A stretch of DNA of 64,000 nucleotides. Origin: Eledone cirrhosa (lineage: Eukaryota). The translations under genes were made by a program, and so were the position numbers. Where the stretch lies: assembly GCA_964016885.1 (NCBI GenBank), contig OZ024743.1:88040001-88104000 (forward strand). Reading direction: 5' to 3'. How positions within the stretch are numbered: position 1 is the stretch's first letter; each line of letters begins with the position of its first letter. The notes below the pieces were generated by a model. It was not told the origin of the DNA. It made no database searches and was given only the letters and a program-made list of their open reading frames with translations. Below, piece by piece: positions 15,393 through 30,019 of this stretch.

Positions 15393-15795
15393 CCTTTCTA
15401 TATTTTTCTCCTTGTCTAAGCCCTGGAGCACTCTGTGTTTGTGTAATTTGCCTAAAGGCATAACTTCTCTCTACCTGTTTTGTTTTATCCCAATGTGCAC
15501 TGGAATGAAAGGTATCGACCTTAATTGACAGAAACCATAGTGATTTTCAGCGGTTGACTGAGGAGATGGGACTGTCCGTCCTACCGTCTTTTTCCCATTG
15601 TCTTTGTCCTGTGCGCACCCTATGTTGTATATATACACACAAAAACACACCCACTGTATCTGCTATTAACTAAATGTGTGCACTCTGAACAGTTGATTGC
15701 AACTGCATTACTGCAATACGGCAGATTCATTGAGTGAGCTAGACGTTGGCCGGAGACCGTTGACTTAATACCAGCGATCTTCGTTACTTTTATAA

Positions 15796-15852
<57 letters not shown>

Positions 15853-15856
<4 letters not shown>

Positions 15857-15980
15857 AAAGTTTCAGGACCCCGACGGCAGAGCTCGGGCCGTATCGACGG
15901 CTATTTCTGGACGTGAGAAATCATAGGAAGCTTCCTGATGATTTCTCACGAATGAAACAGTTCTAGTCCTGTATAAGCTC

Positions 15981-15984
<4 letters not shown>
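15853..15984 (+). mobile_element. Family B element; HHR at 15929-15979 with local fold-back
   Basis: agcttc-CTGATGA-tttctcacgaat-GAAA-cagttctagtcctg-TA-taagct; palindrome cgtgagaaatcat..atgatttctcacg at 15912-15950. Confidence 0.75.
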
Positions 15985-16055
<71 letters not shown>

Positions 16056-16382
16056 GAGAGAGAGAGAGAGAGAGAGAAGTATTTACTGTTGGTGAGTTCC
16101 AATTTACTTATGTGATAACATAATACGATTTCCAATAAAATATCTTTAAACATGAACATTTTAAAGTATTAAAAAGATCAACTTATATAAGTAATTGTAT
16201 GCAGTCCTACAACGTCTAGTAATCCGACATGTTTAGCTATGTATATATATGTTTATATGCATATGGGCCCTTAATTTCTGATGGAGTCGTAGGGACGCTA
16301 TAAAGACATACGACATGTCCTGTGCATTTAATTCTGCTGTAGCTCGTCTCTGTCCGATGTCTTCCAGAAACACAGAGAGAGA

Positions 16383-16425
<43 letters not shown>

Positions 16426-18318
16426 CAGAAAGAGATATAAAGGACGAACCGACACCAGTATTGCACTATTACTTAAGTTATCGACCTCGAGAGGATGGAA
16501 GGCAAAGTTGTCGGAGCCTATCATCTCTCTCTGTCTGAACACAGCCGATTTCTTCCAGAGAAAGAATCGAGACCCAGTAGTGGGTTGATACTTTATTTAT
16601 TGACTTCGAAAGGATGAAAGCAAAGTTGATTTCGGCAGGATTTAAACTGAGAGTGTGCAGAGAGTCGTCACCAATACCGCAAATCATTCTTTCTATCTGA
16701 CGTCTTCACGACTCTTGGTAAAATGAAAGAGAAGGTTGAAACGTCACAATAAGATGTTCTTGTAAATATATATTTGTAAACTCACCTGTATAATATGTAA
16801 TCGGACAAAGCTCGCAGATTAAATGTATAAGTTTTCTATGAAATCACGAAAAAGCTATCAATTTTCATATGAAGTATATGTAAATGTGTGACGTCCGAAT
16901 GAGTATATTACACCTCCATCTAACTTGTTTGTGGTATAACATCACGTAAGTCTTTTGATACCAACCTACCTCATATTGCCCATGATCTATGATACTAAGC
17001 TGCTTGTTTTAAATGTTTATATTTATCTAAAAGCATTCCATCGTAAGAACCTTTGATATGTTTCAAACTTTAGTTACGTTACTAAATCGCTCCAAATTCT
17101 TGATTAATTTCAAAATGATTTGAAATATAGCACCGAAATGGCTGGAGTATTTATTTATATCCATTTAAAAACCTTTCATCATAATTTCATGTAAGAACCT
17201 TTATTAAGGTATGTCCCAAACACCAACATAATAACGAAAGCGTTAGTTATATTACTAAATTCCTCCAAATTCTGGAGTATTTTCAAATTAATTTTAAAAT
17301 TCTAAGATGTGTCTTTCATTAGAAATATTATGTTTCAAATATCAGCTTTAAAATGAGAAACCTATATTACTTAATCCTTCCATTTTTTTTATTTTTTATT
17401 ATTTTCAAAATGATTTGAAAATCATAAGCAGTTTCTTTCATTTGAAATGTTGCAAGGAAAGGAGTAGAATCTGTATATTTATATTAAACCTTTTTATCGT
17501 AATAATTACATTAGTTATATTACTGCAAGTTATATTACTGAAAATTATTGATTATTTTCAAAATCAACTTTATTTTACAAACAAAAGTTAAACAATGATG
17601 AAAAATAGGTTTAAAAAAGGATAAAAACAAAATTAAGTAATGAAATAAAGAGGGAAGGAGGAAGGGGTATAGGAAAATAGAGGAAAGAACTATAAATGCC
17701 ATAAATGTGAAGAAAAGGAAGGAAAAATCAATGACTATAGGGAAAGGGCAAGGATTATTAGGCAAAGAAGAAATAGAGGAGGAAGGGCAATTGGTGATAG
17801 GCTCTACACCTAGGTCGGTCGGGGGAGTGCACCCCGCATTAAATCTGTAAAGGTATTTCCGAGGACAATTACTAGCGAATATTTGAAAATGCCAAGCAGT
17901 GTCTTTCGTTTGAAATATTATAAGGAAAGGGTTAAAAATCCCACCTGTTGCTGTCTTACTGATACACCATCCCACCTCCACTGCCCTTACCATTCATATC
18001 CTTTTTATACCTGTAGCTTTTATATTACAAACATTATTCTATAACAACAAACTCTTCTTTTTACATCCGGTTGGCTGGCTGCATCACTTCAGTTTATTAA
18101 CATTAAAACAACATATGTGAATGTATATGTATATATATATATATATATATGTGGGGGGGGGGGGTCCATCAATGGGTTTTGAATCTTGATGGAGTTGTAC
18201 GGTGTGTCTTGGGCATTTCTTTTTTAAACCGGGTGGATCCTATCTCTCTCCAGGTATCTATTTCTCTGTGTGTGTGTTTCTGTATCTCTCACTCACTCTA
18301 ACTCATATATACATGTAT

Positions 18319-18427
<109 letters not shown>

Positions 18428-18663
18428 GTGAAGTAATTCCGTCGGAAAAGTCCAGGAAAAAAGAGTGCTCTATGTAGGTAACAGAGCTTAATAGTTATGT
18501 AATAAACAACATAAGGCAATTATTTCATTTACCAGTGGTTTCTTAAAAGCAAACAAATTTTGCTTTCAATCATCACAATGAAAAAATCCTGGTGTATTTA
18601 TTGGCATTGGATTTTACCATTGGTAAATGAAATAATTGCCTTATGTTGTTTATTACATAACTA
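18428..18663 (-). mobile_element. Family E element with short inverted arm; HHR at 18526-18580 (core GTGATGA, mutated)
   Basis: Matches 47760-48068; arms ~18492-18535 and ~18620-18663. Confidence 0.8.
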
Positions 18664-18871
18664 TATATATATATATATATATATTTAATACAATAACAGA
18701 GATAGCTTAAAGCTAAACTCTGACTGGTAACCATCTCACTCAACAAACATTAGGTTATATGTTAGTATAAACCCAATTTAAGTGTTTGGGGTGCTAACTA
18801 TATGTATTTTGTGGAAAGCCAGTTGTATTATTTTATGAGATATAATTAAAATTATAATATATATATATATA

Positions 18872-19150
18872 TGTAAAAGTTCTATTTAAATTGTTGGGAT
18901 ACAACAAGCAAATATTTTTATAACTGATATAAAGCACTCAACAAATATTTGGAGTAAAAATACGATATTAACAAATGGAAACTATATTTATAAAACCATA
19001 TTTATTTCATTAAACATATTTCAAGGACACCAAGTTAAATTAGGGTGTGCTTTCATCAGATAAAATATAATATAGATCAGTTTTATAAAACTGATCTATA
19101 TTATAATAAATATGGATTTATAAATATAGTTTCCATTTGTTAATATCGTA
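18872..19150 (-). mobile_element. Family A element, partly palindromic; HHR at 19003-19067 (-)
   Basis: Same family sequence; internal fold-back centred on ttttataaaa near 19085; (TA)n flanks. Confidence 0.8.
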
Positions 19151-19194
19151 TATATATATATATATATACATACAAACATACATGTATATATAAC

Positions 19195-19268
<74 letters not shown>

Positions 19269-19272
<4 letters not shown>

Positions 19273-19554
19273 AAAAAAAGATGAAATCGAAAATGCAACT
19301 GGAGTCTTATTTTAAAAAAAATATATATATTTATTTGGTTCCTTTACCGGTTTCGCAGTTCTTCTGCTTTTCAAAAGTAGAGTTGAGATGGAGGGTCTGT
19401 GGTTTTTCTCACATCTGAGAAAAACCACAGACCCTCCATCTCAACTCTACTTTTGAAAAGCAGAAGAACTGCGAAACCGGTAAAGGAACCAAATAAATAT
19501 ATATATTTTTTTAAAAATAAGACTCCAGTTGCATTTTCGATTTCATCTTTTTTT

Positions 19555-19558
<4 letters not shown>
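19269..19558. repeat. Near-perfect ~290-bp palindrome in (TA)n (family F) with degenerate HHR
   Basis: ~143-bp arms around a catc loop (19412-19415); ctt-TTGAAAA-gcag-aagaa-ctgc-GAAA-ccgg-TA-aag present in both arms. Confidence 0.85.
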
Positions 19559-19616
<58 letters not shown>

Positions 19617-20138
19617 TTGTATGTATATACATACACACAGACATACACAGACATATGACTCCGTCTGGGTATTTCTGCCATTACACTTCAACACTCTCGG
19701 AAGTACTACAAGAATGAGGTAAATTTTTTTAAATATATTAAATACCAAAACAAATTACACGTTTAATGATGATGATGATGATGATGGTGGTGGTGATGGT
19801 GATGGTGGTGGTGATGATGGTCGTGATGATGGTGGTAGTGATGGTGATGGTGGTGGTGATGGTGGTGGTGATGGTGGTGGTGGTGATGGTGGTGATGGTG
19901 ATGGTGATGGTGGTGGTGATGATGATGGTGATGCTGATGGTGATGGTGGTGGTGGTGGTGATGGTGGTGGTGGTGATGGTGATGGTGATGGTGATGGTGG
20001 TGGTGATGATGGTGATGGTGATGGTAATGATACTCATGATGCTCATCATGATAATAATGATAATAACAACAACAACGACAAAAGCAGCAGCACTACCAAT
20101 GATAGTATTAATAATAGTTTTAAAAAACAGCGGTGATG

Positions 20139-20190
<52 letters not shown>

Positions 20191-20469
20191 ACTACGAAGA
20201 AGAAGAAGAAGAAGAAGAAGAAGAAGAAGGTGATGATGATGATGTAAAACGTACACTATTTCTCCACTTCAAAGTAATTTGGCAAAGAATGTGAGAAGAA
20301 CGGTCTTAAAATAGAATCTATAAAACACTTCAGCATTGTTACTTCACAAGACCATTATGTCGTACAACAGTTTGTAAACTGTAGAATTTTGAAGAATTTT
20401 CCATCTGTCTGCTATACATGTATGGACCCGTAACTGTTGATGGAGTCGCGGAGGCACAGTAGTGACATA

Positions 20470-20917
20470 CAGCATGTCTTGGTCATTTTAAACCTTACGG
20501 AAACCATCTTCTCTCCAGGTCTGAACACGTCGGATTTCTTCCAGAAAAGAGTAGAGAGAGAGGGGGGGGAGAGGGGGGAAGAAGATATAGAGGAAGAATC
20601 GAGTCTAGTACTGTCTAAAGTCTAAGTTAAAAGTCTGTCCCAAGCTAGGGGACTCGTCAGCTCGGTCCTTATCCTAGTTTCGTGGCGTGAAGCGAAGTGT
20701 TTTATTCAAAAAATCACAAGACACAACCCAGTTCAGGAATCGAACCCACGACATTATCATCACAAGTTCAACATCTTTACCACTAGGCGACGCGTGGTAC
20801 ATTTTTGTATGTATATGTGGCATGTCTTGGGCACTTTTTAAACCTGGCAGAAGCCATCCACCCATCTCCTCTCCAGGTCTGAATACAGCCGATTTCTGAG
20901 AGAGAGAGAGAGAGAGA

Positions 20918-20993
<76 letters not shown>

Positions 20994-21450
20994 GAGAAGA
21001 TGTGAGAGAGAATCTACCTCAGTATTGCACTCGTACATTTTCTTATCGACCTCGAAAGGATTTGAACTTTGAGTGCAAAGAGCTGGAACGAATACCGCAA
21101 AGTATTTTATCCGACGATCTAATGACTGCCAATTGGACGTCCATTCTCTCTACTATTCATGAATGGTCCTTTAATTCCTTGATATACAGCGTTTCTTGGA
21201 CATTTTAAAACCTGGCGGAGACCAATCCTCTCCAGACCAGAATACACCAGATTTATTCCAAAGAAGGATAGAAAGTGACAGAGAAGAAGTGACAACGATA
21301 TATAGAGGAATAATCGACTCCACTACTAGACTAGTACTTCATTGACCTCGAACGGATGACAGGCAAAGATGATCTCGCCAGGATTTGAACTGAGAGAGCA
21401 GAGAGCCGAAACGGATACTTCAAAACATTCTATCCGACGTTCTCACGACA
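20470..21450 (-). mobile_element. Older SINE variant with a different tail, 3-4 copies (also 16470-16710, 18205-18260, 50045-50340)
   Basis: Shared cattttaaacct..ctctccaggtctgaatacagccgatttc-(GA)n-gaatcgac..tcgaaaggatgaaag..ggatttgaact. Confidence 0.6.
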
Positions 21451-21504
21451 CTGTGTGTGACTGTGTGTGTGTGTGTGTGAGTGACTGTGTGTGTGTGTGA
21501 GTGT

Positions 21505-21577
<73 letters not shown>

Positions 21578-21633
21578 TTGGACCACCGTCTATACAAGTT
21601 CATGCTGAGCATTCTAGTAGTAATAGCAGCAGC

Positions 21634-21670
<37 letters not shown>

Positions 21671-22016
21671 TGGGATATGGTGGTGGTGGTGGTGGTGGTG
21701 GTGGTGGTGGTGCCGCCGCCGCCGCCATATGGATTTCTACTTGTTCCTTTAAGAGGGTCAACAGATTATTCTGAATACAAATATTTCAATAAAGATAAAC
21801 GTCTTAACTTTAAGACGAGTCTTTGGCTCTGACATACATACCACTTTGTGTTGCTGACATCACACGTGAGAGTATGCGTGTATGTACGTATGTATTTATG
21901 TAGGTTGATTTGTATTTATGTGTGTATGTATTTAAGTAATGTATGCCTATATTATGTATGTATTGTGTAGGTATATATGTTGGTGCATGTGTGTGTATGC
22001 ATGTATGTACGTGTAC

Positions 22017-22049
<33 letters not shown>

Positions 22050-22218
22050 GAGAGAGAGAGAGAAACGTGCACACACAGACATGTTCACAGACATACACAC
22101 AGGCGTATATATATATATATATATGTATATATATTTATATATATTTATATATATTTATATAATTGGAAAATAGTAAAATCGAATCTCTGGCGGTTTGCAA
22201 GTAAATATTTATATATAT

Positions 22219-22255
<37 letters not shown>

Positions 22256-22363
22256 CATATATATATACATATATATATACATATATATATACATATATAT
22301 ATACATATATATATACATATATATATACATATATATATGTATATATATGTATATATATATATT

Positions 22364-22431
<68 letters not shown>

Positions 22432-22678
22432 AGTCTGCTAATACGCAAATCAGGCCGATCAGTCACTGTATATTTTAGAAAATATATTATCATATATTTT
22501 CACTAGCTCTGACAGTTGGCAGGTGAACAGTGAGCTGTACTAACCCAGAAACATTAGTGCCTGCAGTTCTGTTCGCATGCCAACACAAGAGCAAGAATGA
22601 GGGGCTCATTCTACTGACATGGCTTTAAAAAAGAGGTTGTTTGCATAATTGCAAACGAATCGAATGTTATTATTTAAT

Positions 22679-22870
22679 GGGTGGTGGATTGGCAGTATCA
22701 GTAGAGGCTCGGACCACAAGCTTTGAAGCATAGAGTTACCTCCCTTTATGATCTGAGTTCAAATCCCACCGAAGTTAACTTTGCCTTTCATCCTTACAGG
22801 GTCAATAAAATAAAGTACCAGTAATGCACTGGGATAATTGCTGGCCTTGTGCCAAAAGTAGAAACAATTA
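22679..22870 (+). mobile_element. SINE (same family)
   Basis: Full head, core and tail match. Confidence 0.85.
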
Positions 22871-22911
22871 TTAATATTCGAAAAACTCAGATTACATTTC
22901 TATATATATTA

Positions 22912-22998
<87 letters not shown>

Positions 22999-23089
22999 AT
23001 TCTGGCATCTCAACTGTTGCTGATTACCAAATGGAGATGTCTTTGATAGAGGATATTCTGCGTACAGTTAATGAAAAAGGCAATTGGTG

Positions 23090-23700
23090 CACACACATGC
23101 ACACATACACACTCACCTACACACACACACACATGCATACATACACACTCACCTACACACACACACGCATACACACTCACCTACACACATACATACACAT
23201 GCACACATACACACTCACCTACACACACACACATGCACACATACACACTCACCTACACACATGCACACATACACACTCACCTACACACACACACACATGC
23301 GTACATACACACTCACCTACACACACACACACACACATACACACTCACCTACACACATACATACACATGCACACATACACACTCATCTACACACACACAC
23401 ATGCACACATACACACTCACCTACACACATGCACACATACACACTCACCTACACACACACACATGCACACATGCACACATACACACTCACCTACACACAC
23501 ACACACACATGCACACATACACACTCACACACATACATGCATGCACATGCACGCATACATACTCATCTACACACACATACACATGCACACATACACACTC
23601 ATCTACACACACATACACATGCACACATACACACTCACCTACACACACACATACATACACATGCACACATACACACTCATCTACACACACATACATACGC
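23090..23700. repeat. CA-derived minisatellite
   Basis: Recurring catgcacacatacacactcaccta. Confidence 0.85.
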
Positions 23701-24849
23701 ATGACACATACTCACCTATTCACACACACATACACGCACATACAAAGAAACGTATACGAACACAAACACATGCGCACATATACACACATACACATAAATA
23801 CACATGCACACATACACACTGATCTATACACATAAGTACACATGCACAGGACCACACACACAGATACACACACTCATACACACTCGTAGGAATATACACC
23901 ACACATACACTCATGACCACTCACACACACACTTATGAATATATATATACACACACATACACATAGTCATACACGCGAGCATGCATACACACATGTATAG
24001 GAACATACACACACACACACACTCGAACACAAGCACTCACATTGCAGTGAAGTGACTGCTGCACCAACAACATCAACATCACCAACATCAACATCACCAC
24101 CAACATCACCATCATCATCATCATCATCAACATCATCAACATCATCACCAACATCACCATCATCATCATCAACACCATCATCATCATCATCATCATCAGT
24201 ATTTGCATATTTTTCAGCTGCTGTTGCTGCTAGAGGTGCATTAGTTGATGATGATAATGATGGTGGTGGTAATAGTGGTGGTAGTAGTGGTGGTAGTAGT
24301 GGTGGTGGTGGTGGCGGTAGTGGTAGTGGTGGTGGTGGTAGTAGTGGTGGTGGTGGTGGTGGTAGTAGTGGTGGTGGTGGTGGCGGTAGTGGTAGTGGTG
24401 GTGGTGGTAGTAGTGGTGGTGGTGGTGGTGGTGGTGGTAGTAGTGGTGGTGGTAGTGGTGGTGGTGGCGGTGGTGGTAGTGGTGGTGGTAGTGGTGGTGG
24501 TAGTGGCGGTAGTGGTAGTGGTGGCGGTGGTGGTAGTGGTGGTGGTGGTAGTAGTGGTGGTGGTAGTAGTTGTGGTAGTAGTAGTGGTGGTGGTAGTGGT
24601 AGTGGTAGTGGTGGCGGTAGTAGTAGTGGTGGTTGTAGTGGCGGTGGTGGTTGTGGTAGTGGTAGTGGTGGTGGTGGTAGTAGTGGTGGTGGTAGTGGTA
24701 GTGGTGGTGGTGGCAGTGGTAGGGGGGGTTAGTAGTGGTGGTAGTGGGGTGGTAGGGATAGTGGTGGTGGTAGTAATGGTGGTGGTAGTGGTGGTGGTGG
24801 TGGTGGTGGTAGTAATGATATATGTGTGTGTATATATATGTATAGATAT

Positions 24850-24951
24850 AATTGTAACTACTTTTGGCACAAGGCCAGCAAATACCCAGTGTATTACTGG
24901 TACTTTATTTTATCGACCCCGTAAGGTTGAAAGGCAAAGTTAACCTCGGCG
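24850..24951 (-). mobile_element. 5'-truncated SINE (same family)
   Basis: Core and tail only. Confidence 0.8.
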
Positions 24952-24964
24952 ATGTATATGCATG

Positions 24965-25002
<38 letters not shown>

Positions 25003-25429
25003 TACACATACACATATATATATATATATATATTATATACATATACAGACATATATGTATGTACGTATGTATATGTGCGTATAAATGTATATGTATATGA
25101 CTATACACACAAATGTGTGTGTGTGTAAAATAATAAGTGAAGAAGTTATACACATCTAAATATATCGCTGCCTCCTTACCTACCTCTTCCCCCTCCCCTC
25201 TTATATATATCACAAAGATTTGGGGCAGTGTTTCTATGACAACAAACCCTATCAGATATGTTGATGGTGCTGGTGGTGGTGTTATTGGTGATGGTGGAGG
25301 TGGCGACGTTCGCGGTGTTTACGGCGACGGCTGTGGTGGCGGCGGCAGTGGTGTGGATGGCGACGGTCGCGGTGGTGGTGATGGTGGGGTGGTGTCTCTC
25401 ACTGACGTCGTGATGTTATCAGGCGTTGG

Positions 25430-25920
25430 TAGTGGTGAATCTGTTGTTATGCTGCTGGTGATGGTGTTGGTGGTGATGAAACTGTTGTTATGCTGGTGGT
25501 GGTGGTGGTGGTGGTGAATCTGTTGTTATGCTTGTGGTGGTGGTGGTGGTGTTGGTGGTGGTGAATCTATTGTTATGCTGGTGGTGATGGTGGTGGTGGT
25601 GGTGGTGAATCTATTGTTATGCTTGAGATGGTGGTGTTGGTGGTGATGAAACTGTTGTTATGCTAGTGGTGGTGGTGGTGGTGGTGGTGGTGGTGGTGGT
25701 GGTGGTGGTGGTGAATCTGTTGTTATGCTTGAGGTGGTGGTGTTGGTGGTGATGAAACTGTTGTTATACTGGTGGTGATGGCGGTGGTTGTGGTGGTGGT
25801 GGTGGTGAATCTATTGTTATGCTTGAGGTGGTGGTGTTGGTGGTGATGGTGTGTGGTGAATCTGTTGTTATTGTGGTGAATCTGTTGTTATGCTTGCGGT
25901 GGTTTTGAATCTATTGTTGT
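25430..25920. repeat. GGT-derived minisatellite
   Basis: Recurring ggtggtgaatctgttgttatgct. Confidence 0.85.
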
Positions 25921-26397
25921 TGTTGTTACTGCAGTACAAGTCTTTAAGACACTACACTGCACCACATGCCTCAACAACAACAACAACAAAATAAATAGAG
26001 AAAGAAAGAAAGGAAAGATGAAAGAAAGAAAGTGGGGAGCGGAGGAAAGGGAAAGAAAGAAAGAAAGAAAGAGAACTTCCAACCTTGAAAATATCGTCGT
26101 TGTATTTTCTTTATCTTCTGGAATATTCCGCAGATGTTTCAAACGAAATATTGATGGAATTTCAAGGAATTTCTTTGCAATTATTGGTATTTCATTTACT
26201 TTCGAGGAATATGTTTGTTTGTTGTTTATATTTTATATTTTATATTTTATATTTTATATTTTATATTTTTATTATTTTATATTTTATATTTTTATATTTT
26301 ATATTTTATATTTTGTTTTAATTGAATCTAATTTCGATAATCCCGAAAAATAGAAGAAAATATAATAAAAGAAATATTTTTTAATGATCATTATTAT

Positions 26398-26454
<57 letters not shown>

Positions 26455-26920
26455 AGGTGGTGCTGGTGGTGCTGGTGATGGTATTCATGGTTATGCGATT
26501 GTTGTTGTCTGCTATGAACGGTCCCTGTTTATACAAAGCTCTGCTTAGAAAAGATATCAATATTTTCTTTATGGGAAACCTAATGATAAAAAACGTTTGT
26601 ATTACGATGTAGCCATTTGTATTCTTTATTCGTGATTCAAAATGGCCACAGATGTTGTCGTGGAAGGAGATACTAGCCACTATATTGGTAGCAGGAAATA
26701 CGTAGTTCTTCCAGGGTTTTAAAAACTCAATGAAGTCTCTATACTTCTAGATTAAATTTCTACTGAAAACTACATTTTTCACGACCCAGTTAGAGAAATA
26801 TGCAATAAATTATATATTGGATTTGTTTAGAAACTGAAAAACTTGTGGAAGAAAGAATATGATACCTGATGTGTCCTTTAATCAATTTATGTAGTTTTTT
26901 AAATGTAAAGAATGTAAAGA

Positions 26921-27180
26921 ACCCCCTTTATTCATGAATCACCATGGGATTTATACCTAGAAAGCTTCCCTCCGAGGCACAAGTCTGGGCAATGGAAAGG
27001 CAATGGCTGATACAGTTTGGCACCAGTGACGTCGCAGCTCATTTCCACAGCTGAGTGAACTGAAGCAACCTGAAGTAAAGTATCTTGCTCAAGGACACAA
27101 CGCATAACCCGCTCCGAGAATCTAAATCCCAACATCCCGATTGCAACCCCAACGCTTTAACCACTAAGCCATGCGCTTTC
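26921..27180 (-). mobile_element. tRNA-derived SINE, second family
   Basis: Reverse-complement match to 55897-56242. Confidence 0.78.
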
Positions 27181-27236
27181 ACTTTTAAAATATAGAGGTT
27201 TCAAATCGCGCACACACCCACATACACATACACACC

Positions 27237-27379
<143 letters not shown>

Positions 27380-27590
27380 AATCACTCAGTCAATCAGTCT
27401 TTTCGCCCAGTTACATTTCATTACACGTTTCAATTGATTTTGAAAGAACTTTTAAAATGACTGTAACTTCAAACTATGTTATCCGATAAATATAAATTTA
27501 GTCGAATATATATCATGTCATTAAAATATCAGAGAAACCTCCCATAAGATACAACATCGTAGAAGGCCAGGCGTGAACTGTAAATTTATA

Positions 27591-27806
27591 TACCAACTGG
27601 TTGGCTGAAAAAGTTCATAATCTGACTCAGATACTCCCATGGAATGACTAAATGAGGCTTATATTTCAACATTGTTTCTTTCCAGTCCCTGGAAAGAAAC
27701 AATGCAGTTATTAATAAGAAGAGTTGAAATTAATGCATGCAAGATTTCACAGTTCTAGCATCAATCCTTCATAGTCAGACTATGTACTTTTCAGCCGATC
27801 CACATA
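27591..27806. mobile_element. Second copy of the mariner-type MITE
   Basis: Colinear with 8355-8597. Confidence 0.7.
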
Positions 27807-28318
27807 TATAACCGCGGTTCTGTAGAACGTCCAATATATACAATTTTGAAAGGACTTTATCAAATATTCATATAAAAATCGAATTTTGTAGACTATATAT
27901 ACATTTGTAGGTAAAGTTTATGGGGTTGATTATTACATGTATACAACTTTCTAAACACCGTCTCAGTAAGCCGACGCCCAATTGAATTACGGTAGTAATG
28001 TCAATGTTTCCACGCATCAAAACACACTTCCTATTAACAAAAAAATTTCCGCAATGCCGTGTAGCTCTAATAAATATTTCCACATGACTGAATCAGAACA
28101 TAATACCGTAGAAGAATACATTTCTTTACCGCCACATTCACGTTCAGGATAATACCTTGATTCATAAATGTTGATCTGCTGTTGTCCACCAAGCGAACTA
28201 CAGCCGACTTTGGCATGGGGATTTTGCACGGAGGAATCCAAGTTTGGGGACCAAAAATAAAAGGACGACTTATATGTGAGATCAACTTATACGCGCGATC
28301 GACATATACGTGAGATCG

Positions 28319-28390
<72 letters not shown>

Positions 28391-28531
28391 CAAGTAAGTA
28401 TGTTTTGAAACAGTGAGCGAGTTTGAAATTAGAAAATATATAGCTTTCACCGTATTTTTAACTAAAGGAATTTTTTAGCTTGATAACGGGGTTTAGAACC
28501 CTCAGATAAATGGAAAAAGATGAGTATTGAC

Positions 28532-28617
<86 letters not shown>

Positions 28618-28734
28618 TAATTTATTAAAATAATAGATTAAAGTTTAAGCAAAGAATCGCTGCTTTCACCCTTAACGGGATCTTCTGAAACTAAAAAAAT
28701 CAATCTGTGAACGCAGAAGCAAATATTTCGAAAA

Positions 28735-28814
<80 letters not shown>

Positions 28815-28816
<2 letters not shown>

Positions 28817-28980
28817 GTTATGTAATAAACAACATAAGATAATTATTTCATTTACCGGTGGTTTCTTGAAGACAGATATTTATATCTCTCTTCAGTCGTC
28901 AGAATGAATAAAATGGTGTCTTTATTGAATATGAATTTGAAATCACGCGCTTATACGTAATTGTACGTAGATAAGCGTAT
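28815..28980 (-). mobile_element. Diverged family E element; HHR at 28849-28906 (-)
   Basis: Minus strand: catt-CTGACGA-ctgaagagagatat-aa-atatctgtcttcaa-GAAA-ccaccgg-TA-aatg. Confidence 0.8.
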
Positions 28981-28990
28981 ATATATATAC

Positions 28991-29218
28991 GCAAAAGGGA
29001 TATTTAATGTGTTGGTAATTCAACAAATATATATGTTTTACTATCCAGGAAAAACTTGAACCGTTAAAATCTTCTTCCTGGATATGTCAATATTTATAAA
29101 ACAAACTTTGTATTTTATCTGATGAGTGCGTACCAAAGTTTTGGTACCCTTGAAATATATATAATAGAATAAATATGGTTTTATAAATATAGTTTCCATT
29201 TATTTAATATCATTGATA
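28991..29218. mobile_element. Family A' element with inverted 3' end; HHR at 29111-29171 (+)
   Basis: tattttat-CTGATGA-gtgcgtaccaa..ttggtaccctt-GAAA-tatata-TA-atagaata; 28991-29040 is the family 3' end in reverse orientation. Confidence 0.8.
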
Positions 29219-29841
29219 TATGTGTGTGTGTGTGTGTGTGTGTGTCTGTGTGTCTGTGTGTCTGTGTGTGTGTGTGTGTCTGTGTGTGTATGTGTGTGTG
29301 TGTGTGTGTGTGTATAAGGTTGATAGAAATATCCACTAAGTCCACAGGACGAGTTATATGTATATATATGAGGTCGACATATATGTGAGATAGTCTTATA
29401 CATGAGTATATCCGGTAATTTATTTGTTCAATATATTTGAGTCTTTGGTGTGTTATACCTACTATTAAGACCCATTACCAACAGTGTAGCTGGGATGTGT
29501 AGTACACATCCCATGTACACATTGTAATGTGTGTGTATGTAATTGTGTGTACACGAAGTACGTGTGTGTGATAGTGGCTGTGGGGGTTTGTATGATAATA
29601 TGTGCGTTATGATGGCCGTCTGTGTTTGTAATAGTATGTCAGTATGTCTGTCTGCCTGTCTCTCTCTCTCCCTCTCTCTCCCTCCCTCACTCTCACTTAC
29701 TCTCTCCCTCCCTTTCTGTCAGTGATGGTGTATGATGATGTGTTTGTGTATATGTGTGTGTGTGTGATGGTGTATGTGTGTATGTGATGATGTTTGTGTG
29801 ATGGTGTGTGTGTGTGTATGTGATGGTATGTGTGTGTGTGA

Positions 29842-29888
<47 letters not shown>

Positions 29889-30019
29889 GGGATGCTTGTC
29901 TGAGAAGATTTATGACTGCCACCTTCAGTGTTTTCACGCAGCACAACACATCGATGTATTTTGTGCGGCTCACAGTTGTGACAGACATATTGTTATAGTG
30001 TCATCTAACAACACAATAA

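Larger units (their letters stand above)
28262..29416. mobile_element. Possible pogo-like DNA transposon end interrupted by a microsatellite/HHR-element cluster
   Basis: Repeated cgacttatatgtgaga motifs at 28266-28320 and 29349-29400, ending cttatacatgagtatatccggta. Confidence 0.4.

Noticed and set aside
15550-15595. CTGAGGA plus hairpin; also GAA(A)caattgTC remnants at 42470-42515 and 56395-56415
   Set aside because: Only half of a hammerhead core is present in each case.
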